Assembly: GCA_030606485.1 (NCBI GenBank)
Contig: JAUWGH010000004.1
Span: 360,001 to 392,000, forward strand
Reading direction: 5' to 3'
Length of the DNA: 32,000 nucleotides
Origin: Promethearchaeota archaeon
GTDB taxonomy: Archaea; Asgardarchaeota; Lokiarchaeia; Sigyniarchaeales; SOKP01
Of this stretch, positions 26,188 to 32,000 are shown piece by piece; position 1 is the stretch's first letter, and each line of letters begins with the position of its first letter. Both the position numbers and the translations under genes were made by a program. The notes beneath the pieces were generated by a model that did no database searches, was not told the DNA's origin, and worked only from the letters and a program-made list of their open reading frames with translations.

Positions 26188-29100
26188 ATGTCCCAATTAA
26201 GAGAACAAACTCAAGATAATGAGTCAGAAGAAGATACAAAAGAAGATTTAAGGGAGGATTCTAAAGAAGATTTAAATGAGGATTCTAAAGAAGATTTAAA
26301 TGAGGATTCTAAAGAAGATTTAGATGAGGATTCTAAAGAAGATTTAGATGAGGATTCTAAAGAAGATTTAGATGAGGAATTAAAAGAGGATTCAAATGAA
26401 GATTTAGATGAGGAATTAAAAGAGGATTCAAATGAAGATTTAGATGAAGTCCAGCCATTTGAACCTGATCACAGTGATGTAAGAGTTTTTGACCCTAATC
26501 TCGGTGATGTAAGAGTAAATATTGAACCGAGCCTTTCAGATTTAGGCAGCTTGGATCCCGATACAAGCGAGGGTAAGGAGTTAATTAACCTTGATCTCAG
26601 TGATGTAAGAGTAAATATTGAGCCAAGCCTTTCAGATTTAGGCAGTTTGGATCCCGATACCAAAGAGGGAATATCAACGGAGCCAATTGACCTTGATCTC
26701 GGTGATGCAAGATTAAATATTGATCCGAGCCTTTCAGATTTGGGTAGTTTGGATCCTGATACCAAAGAGGGAATATCAATAGAGCAAATTGACCTTGATC
26801 TCTGTGATGCAAGATTAAATATTGATATAAGCCTTTCAGATTTGGGTAGTTTGGATCCTGATACCAAAGAGGGAATATCAACAGAGCCAATTGACCTTGA
26901 TCTCAGTGATGCAAGATTAAATATTGATCCAAGCCTTTCAGATTTAGGCAGCTTAGATCCCGAAACTAATGAGGGTAAGGAGTTAATTGACCTTGATCTC
27001 GGTGATGCAAGAGTAAATATTGAGCCGAACCTTTCAGATTTAGGCAGTTTGGATCCCGAAACCAAAGAGGGAATATCAACAGAGCCAATTGAACTTGATC
27101 ATTCAGATATAAATCCATATATTGATGACAATGAAGGAACGACTACCTCTCTTCTAATCGAACGGGATGAAGAAAGTAATCACATGTCAGAACTGAATGT
27201 TAGATTCTCGGATATGGATAGTGAATTAGCAAGCGAACTTCAAGGAGATTCAGATGTTCAAGATATAGCAAGAGATGAGTTATCTGGATTAGATGCAGAG
27301 TTACTGGAAATGGATGACATATCTTCAAGTGAATTTCGAGAAGTCCCAGTTATTCAAGACATGTTGGAAGATGAATTATCAGAAATAGATGGAGAATTAT
27401 CGTTAATAAAAGATATATCCTCAAGCGATTTTCAAGATAGTAAAATTACTCAAAATATAGTAAGAGAAGAAATAAAAGATGAATTAATGAAATTAGATAA
27501 TGAGTCATGGGATCTTAAAGATATGTTCTTAAATGAATTTATAGATCTCTCAGATACTCAATATAGCTTAGAAGAGGACTCTTTGGAAATTTCAAATGCT
27601 ATAGAACCTATGGCGACAGACATCACAAATGTGCATACAAGAACTCTTGGACAGGACTATATTGGAGAACCCCAGACAGAAAACTTATATGAAGAAGGGG
27701 ATGAAGATGAGATTAACTATGATTTAAGTATGGATAAAAGTAATCAAGAGGCATCAGAACAAGAATTATCGCTAATAGGAAAGGAAACTGGAGAAGAAAG
27801 TAAAGAAATAACGGCTATCACATCTTCTGCAACTTCCACAACCTCCACAGAGCAGAAAGAAAGCCAAGAAGATGCTAAAGAAGAGGAACAAGCATCGGAG
27901 CAAAAGGAAGAGAACGAAATGGAAATGGACTATAATAGAACTGGTTTTACTGACCAAACACTCAATTTAAAGCAGAGGTTGAATAGAGAATTTAGGAATT
28001 ATATTGATCAAAGAAAGAATTTGGATGAAAGGTTGAGGAGGGAATTTGGGAGTCAGGTTGAGGATAAAGAACAAGATATCCAAAAAGATGAACCAGAACA
28101 AGAACCATCGTTAAAAGGAAAGCAAAACGAAGAAGAAAGTAAAGAGATTACGGCTACCACATCTTCCACAACTTCCACAGAGCAGAAAGATAATCAAGAA
28201 GATGATAAAGAATCGGAACTGACTTCAGAGCGGAATGAAGAAAGCCGTAACAACACTGATATTAAAGATTCAGAAAAAGATTCGGAGAATTTAAATAAAG
28301 AAACAGAAGAAGAGGTAAAAATAGATGGAGAAGAATCAGAAGATTTGGAAGATCTTATTGATAAAGCTAAAGAAGAATTTAAGATTTTAAAAGATCCAAA
28401 ATTGAAAGAATTATTAAAAAAATATGATGGTATTGCCTATAGGGGCACGCAATTTACTAAGAAATTTATTAAATTTATTAAAGATCAAGATAATGATGCA
28501 CTAACTAAAGAAGAGAAGGATGATTTGGTTAAAATAATAAATAAATTTAATGAAAATAGAAATATAAATAATCTTGTTAAATATTACATCAAATACACTA
28601 ATCTTTCACAGCGGAAAATATTTAAAAAATTAAAAAATATGAATTTAAGAATAAAGAAAGGTGGATTAGCAAAGATGTGTCATAAGGTTTTAACACAGAA
28701 GGAATATGAAGAGAGGTTTACGGCAAATAAAGATTTGGTATCCGATGAACAACGAGAAGGCATAATAAAAGACGGTCGCTCCAAAAACCCTGACTCAATT
28801 CCAAAGATTGCAGAAAAATGGGGAGTAGCAAAATCTACTGCTAATAAAATAATAAAAGATGACTTGGGAGAAGAAGAATTTCACAAGAAATTTCCGTATT
28901 CTGAGTTATCCGATGAGCAACGAGAGGGCATAATAAAAGCCGGTCGTTCCGAGGACCCTGGCTCTTTTGACGATATTGCAGAAGAATTTGGAGTATCATT
29001 TTCTACTGCTAGAGATATAATAAAAAATGATTTGGAAAAAAAAGAATATAATAAGAAATTTTCGAAGCCTGAAGTATCCGATGAGCAACGAGAGGGCATA

Positions 29101-30048
29101 ATAAAAGCTGGTCGTTCCGAGGACCCCGGCTCTTTTGACGATATTGCAGAAGAATTTGGAGTATCATTTTCTACTGCTAGAGATATAATTAAAAATGATT
29201 TGGAAAAAAAAGAATATAATAAGAAATTTTCGAAGCCTAGGATATCCGATGAGCAACGAGAGGGCATAATAAAGGACGGTCGTTCCAAAGAATTTGATTC
29301 TATAAATAAGATTGCAGAAAAATGGGGAGTAGGATGGGGTACTGTTAAAGATATATTAGAAAATGATTTGGGAAAAAAAGAATTCGATAAAAAATTTCGT
29401 AATGATTTAGCACAATTAATAGGGTTTGAGAATCATAAATTAATTGAAAAAATAGCCACGCAAGATTTTGATGAGAAAAGAAAAAAGTCTCCAGATGTTC
29501 CAATACTCGTTTCAGAGCCCCCAATTTATACTAATAGTAATAAACGTTGCGATAATGTATTTAAAAATGATAAAAAATATCTACAAAAACTTCTTAAAGA
29601 TAAAATCGCAAAAGAGTTAAATATTGATCCTAAAGAATTAGACCACATTGAAGTTGTGCTTTTTGATTATACCGGTTGGTTACACAAAAGAAATATCATA
29701 GATAAGATTGAGAAATATCAGCATTCCAAAATTATGTTATTCATTGTCGGGACATATTTGCTTCCAAATTGGATTGCTCGAGTTAAGAAACTCCCTAAAG
29801 ATAAGAGGATTAAATATCCCGAAAACATCCGTATTATTAGTTTGGATCTTTTTGCCGATTTGTTAAATCTGAGTGATGATAATCGGAAGCAGCTTGAGGA
29901 AGTTATTAAATTAACTAGATTAAGAGATTTAGAAACCTTGAGAAGACTTAACGAACGAAATAATTATAAATTGCACCGCTTAAAAAAATCAAAAAATAGA
30001 AAAAAAGGAACCAAAAATGATTTAGATGCATTTTTGAAGAAAATTTAA
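26188..30048 (+). CDS. 1286-aa modular protein: acidic repeats, 4 tandem HTH modules, C-terminal PD-(D/E)XK-like domain
   Basis: Intact ORF with directly visible repeat arrays. HTH pattern S...IA..(W/F)GV..ST...II; C-terminal E / R-x-D / D-Y-T / KY motif series. Confidence 0.85.
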   Translation: MSQLREQTQDNESEEDTKEDLREDSKEDLNEDSKEDLNEDSKEDLDEDSKEDLDEDSKEDLDEELKEDSNEDLDEELKEDSNEDLDEVQPFEPDHSDVRVFDPNLGDVRVNIEPSLSDLGSLDPDTSEGKELINLDLSDVRVNIEPSLSDLGSLDPDTKEGISTEPIDLDLGDARLNIDPSLSDLGSLDPDTKEGISIEQIDLDLCDARLNIDISLSDLGSLDPDTKEGISTEPIDLDLSDARLNIDPSLSDLGSLDPETNEGKELIDLDLGDARVNIEPNLSDLGSLDPETKEGISTEPIELDHSDINPYIDDNEGTTTSLLIERDEESNHMSELNVRFSDMDSELASELQGDSDVQDIARDELSGLDAELLEMDDISSSEFREVPVIQDMLEDELSEIDGELSLIKDISSSDFQDSKITQNIVREEIKDELMKLDNESWDLKDMFLNEFIDLSDTQYSLEEDSLEISNAIEPMATDITNVHTRTLGQDYIGEPQTENLYEEGDEDEINYDLSMDKSNQEASEQELSLIGKETGEESKEITAITSSATSTTSTEQKESQEDAKEEEQASEQKEENEMEMDYNRTGFTDQTLNLKQRLNREFRNYIDQRKNLDERLRREFGSQVEDKEQDIQKDEPEQEPSLKGKQNEEESKEITATTSSTTSTEQKDNQEDDKESELTSERNEESRNNTDIKDSEKDSENLNKETEEEVKIDGEESEDLEDLIDKAKEEFKILKDPKLKELLKKYDGIAYRGTQFTKKFIKFIKDQDNDALTKEEKDDLVKIINKFNENRNINNLVKYYIKYTNLSQRKIFKKLKNMNLRIKKGGLAKMCHKVLTQKEYEERFTANKDLVSDEQREGIIKDGRSKNPDSIPKIAEKWGVAKSTANKIIKDDLGEEEFHKKFPYSELSDEQREGIIKAGRSEDPGSFDDIAEEFGVSFSTARDIIKNDLEKKEYNKKFSKPEVSDEQREGIIKAGRSEDPGSFDDIAEEFGVSFSTARDIIKNDLEKKEYNKKFSKPRISDEQREGIIKDGRSKEFDSINKIAEKWGVGWGTVKDILENDLGKKEFDKKFRNDLAQLIGFENHKLIEKIATQDFDEKRKKSPDVPILVSEPPIYTNSNKRCDNVFKNDKKYLQKLLKDKIAKELNIDPKELDHIEVVLFDYTGWLHKRNIIDKIEKYQHSKIMLFIVGTYLLPNWIARVKKLPKDKRIKYPENIRIISLDLFADLLNLSDDNRKQLEEVIKLTRLRDLETLRRLNERNNYKLHRLKKSKNRKKGTKNDLDAFLKKI
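26230..26445 (+). repeat. Coding 24-bp tandem repeat (EDSKEDLN/D x6) followed by a 36-bp variant ([12 protein letters not shown] x2)
   Basis: Consecutive gaggattctaaagaagattta(a/g)at units. Confidence 0.95.
26500..27099 (+). repeat. Six coding repeats of 96/102 bp (L[24 protein letters not shown]...-LD)
   Basis: Unit lengths 32,34,34,34,32,34 aa; invariant core LSDLGSLDP. Confidence 0.95.
28738..29406 (+). repeat. Four 168-bp (56-aa) tandem HTH repeats
   Basis: tccgatga(a/g)caacgaga(a/g)ggcataataaa recurs at 28741, 28909, 29077 and 29245. Confidence 0.95.
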
Positions 30049-30100
30049 AATCATCTCTACCGATAATTTTATTGATCTTAAAACCCAACTTAAAATAAAT

Positions 30101-30265
30101 GAATTAATTTTAGGAATAAGTAGAGATCCTTCTTTTGGACCGATGATCATGGTGGGCAGAGGTGGAATTTATGTAAATTTTATTAAAGATGTTGCATTTT
30201 CATTAACTTATAAGTTTTCAAGAGAAGATGTGAGAAAAAATGGTAAAAACAATATACTAAGCTAA
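30101..30265 (+). pseudogene. Fragment of an ADP-forming acyl-CoA synthetase (AcdB/ATP-grasp) gene
   Basis: Translates [35 protein letters not shown], matching the family motif E.IVG..RDP.FGPVIMFG.GGI.VE..KDV.F. No intact upstream part; an apparent +1 frameshift in the A-run at about 30235-30240 (restoring it gives EDVRKMVKTI). Confidence 0.75.
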
Positions 30266-30299
30266 ATTAATAAACAAGCATCCAAAAAAAATTATTGTT

Positions 30300-32000
30300 A
30301 TGAAAACACAACTTTCTAATATAGACGTTTATGCCCTAGCAAAGGAATTAAATGATAAGTTAAGTGATGGTTTTATTGACAATATATACGAGGTAAAAGA
30401 TTTATTAATAATAAAAATTAGAACTAGAGAAGTAAATAGAAATCTAGTTATTGAACGAGATTCAAGAGTAAATCTTACCAATTATAATTATCCAGTACCA
30501 AAATATCCAAGTCAATATTGTAGTTCTTTGAGAAAATTTTTAAAAAATCGTCGAATTTTAAGCGTCTATCAGCATAATTTGGATAGAATATTGATAATAG
30601 AGTTGAGTAATCAAAACACAGCTTCATGGAAATTTATTATTGAACTTTTTGCTAAAGGCAACTATATTCTCATAAATGAAGAAAATTTAGTTATGGTGGC
30701 AAAGAAATATAAAAAATATAAAGATCGAGATTTATTAGCTAAAAGAGAATATAAATTTCCTCCATCCAGAGGTTTAGATTTATTTTCATTGGATAAAGAT
30801 TCCTTCTCTAAAATTATTTATACCTCCAATGATGAATTAGTGAGAATAATCGCAAGAAACGTTAATATCGCAGGATTATATAGTGAAGAAATTTGTAAAA
30901 TGTCCCAATTTGATAAGAAAGTTAAATCAAATACATTAAACGAAGAACAAATTAGCACATTATTTAATGTATTAAAGGATTTTGCTCAAAAATTAAAAAC
31001 TGAAAAATTAAAACCTCAATTTATTTTAGATGATAAGAATAAAGCGATTGATGTAGTACCATTTGATCTATCTATATATGAAGGTTATCAGAAACAATAT
31101 ATTGAATCTTTTAATGAGGGTCTTGATCTTTATTTTTCAAAATTAGATTCTGCGAAAATTATACCTCAACCAGTTGAAAAATATAATCGAGAGATGGAGA
31201 AATTAGAGAAAAGATTACAAACACAAATAGAATATATAACAGAACAAGAAAATAAAAAAGAAAAATATTACAATATTGGAGAGAATATATATAAACATTT
31301 CAAAGAATTAGAAAAACTATTAAAAACAATTTTGGACGCTAAAAAAAAAGGATATCAATGGAATGAAATTGAAGATAAATTAAATTCTGGAAAAGAACAA
31401 GGAATAAAAGAGACAATTCCATTCAGAAAAATCATACCTTCTAAAAAGCAAATTATTATTCAATTAGATGGGAAAGAATTTATCATAGATTTAAATAAAA
31501 GTATTGGAGAAAATGCAAATTTAATTTTTTCTAAAGGTAAAAAAGCTCAAAAAAAAATTGAAGGAACTTATTTTGCCATTGAGGAAACAAAAAAAAAGAT
31601 TGAAAAACTTATAATTGAGAAAGATAGTGAACAAGTTATTGTTGATCATTTGGTACGAAAACCAAAGAAAAAATGGTATGAAAAATATAGATGGTTCATT
31701 TCCAGTAATGAATTTTTAGTAATTGGAGGAAGAGATATTAGTTCGAATGAAGCAATCTATAGAAAATATATTGAGCCCAATGATTTAGTTTTACATTCAG
31801 AAATTAGAGGATCACCATTAACAGTTATAAAAAATCCAGAAAATAAGGAAATCCCTCTAGATACTATTAATGAAGCTAGTATTTTTGTTGGTTGTTATTC
31901 TCGAGCATGGAAAGAAGGTTATAAATTAACTGACATTTTTTATGTTCTACCTAAACAAGTGAGTAAAACGCCCCCCTCGGGAGAATTTTTACCAAAAGGT
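30300..32000 (+). CDS. rqc2: Ribosome quality-control protein Rqc2/RqcH (NEMF/NFACT family), 3'-truncated; absent from the ORF track
   Basis: MKTQLSNIDVYALAKEL start, LRK.L..., DRILIIE, IIELFAKGNYIL, ENANLIFSKGKK, WYEKYRWFISS..LVIGGRD..SNE, VSKTPPSGEFLPKG. Confidence 0.93.
   Translation, partial: MKTQLSNIDVYALAKELNDKLSDGFIDNIYEVKDLLIIKIRTREVNRNLVIERDSRVNLTNYNYPVPKYPSQYCSSLRKFLKNRRILSVYQHNLDRILIIELSNQNTASWKFIIELFAKGNYILINEENLVMVAKKYKKYKDRDLLAKREYKFPPSRGLDLFSLDKDSFSKIIYTSNDELVRIIARNVNIAGLYSEEICKMSQFDKKVKSNTLNEEQISTLFNVLKDFAQKLKTEKLKPQFILDDKNKAIDVVPFDLSIYEGYQKQYIESFNEGLDLYFSKLDSAKIIPQPVEKYNREMEKLEKRLQTQIEYITEQENKKEKYYNIGENIYKHFKELEKLLKTILDAKKKGYQWNEIEDKLNSGKEQGIKETIPFRKIIPSKKQIIIQLDGKEFIIDLNKSIGENANLIFSKGKKAQKKIEGTYFAIEETKKKIEKLIIEKDSEQVIVDHLVRKPKKKWYEKYRWFISSNEFLVIGGRDISSNEAIYRKYIEPNDLVLHSEIRGSPLTVIKNPENKEIPLDTINEASIFVGCYSRAWKEGYKLTDIFYVLPKQVSKTPPSGEFLPKG

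Noticed and set aside
26469-27065. Antisense ORFs (198 aa, 97 aa; also 28881-29288)
   Set aside because: Shadows of stop-free repeats on the opposite strand of the real gene.
26230-27099. CRISPR-like array
   Set aside because: The repeats are contiguous, in-frame multiples of 3 with no unique spacers, and there are no cas genes. They are coding repeats.
30149-30170. Minus-strand ...CCACCTCTGCCCACCA resembling a tRNA 3' end or att site
   Set aside because: No T-arm can be formed and it matches neither tRNA in the window. The + strand explains it as the MVGRGGI codons of the acd remnant.

Overview
Very AT-rich archaeal chromosomal window, most likely from an Asgard (Lokiarchaeia-like) archaeon. 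This is an inference from the Roadblock/LC7 gene, TrpB2, aRqc2, archaeosine TGT, BHB tRNA introns and the style of the unknown proteins. It is mostly housekeeping: valS (5'-truncated), an smc-scpA-scpB operon, AK6, tgtA, a DUF371-Trm5 fusion, trpB2, a dolichol/phytol-kinase-like gene, pyrI and rqc2 (3'-truncated). It also has two intron-containing tRNAs and several unknown genes. The most notable features are missing from the ORF track or not explained by it. (1) A 25-codon Trp-rich leader ORF (..WRWQWAWRWCR*) with hairpins lies upstream of trpB2 and looks like a Trp attenuator. (2) A 1286-aa protein has acidic tandem repeats, four tandem HTH modules and a PD-(D/E)XK-like domain, and sits next to a remnant of an ADP-forming acyl-CoA synthetase gene. 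(3) The 1476-aa SMC has no recognisable hinge or zinc hook, and its ScpA carries an N-terminal zinc finger. (4) A tRNA-Ile(GAU) has an intron that splits the anticodon, so it reads as tRNA-Phe. (5) The Roadblock gene appears to start at ACG. All calls are by eye; no searches were run.
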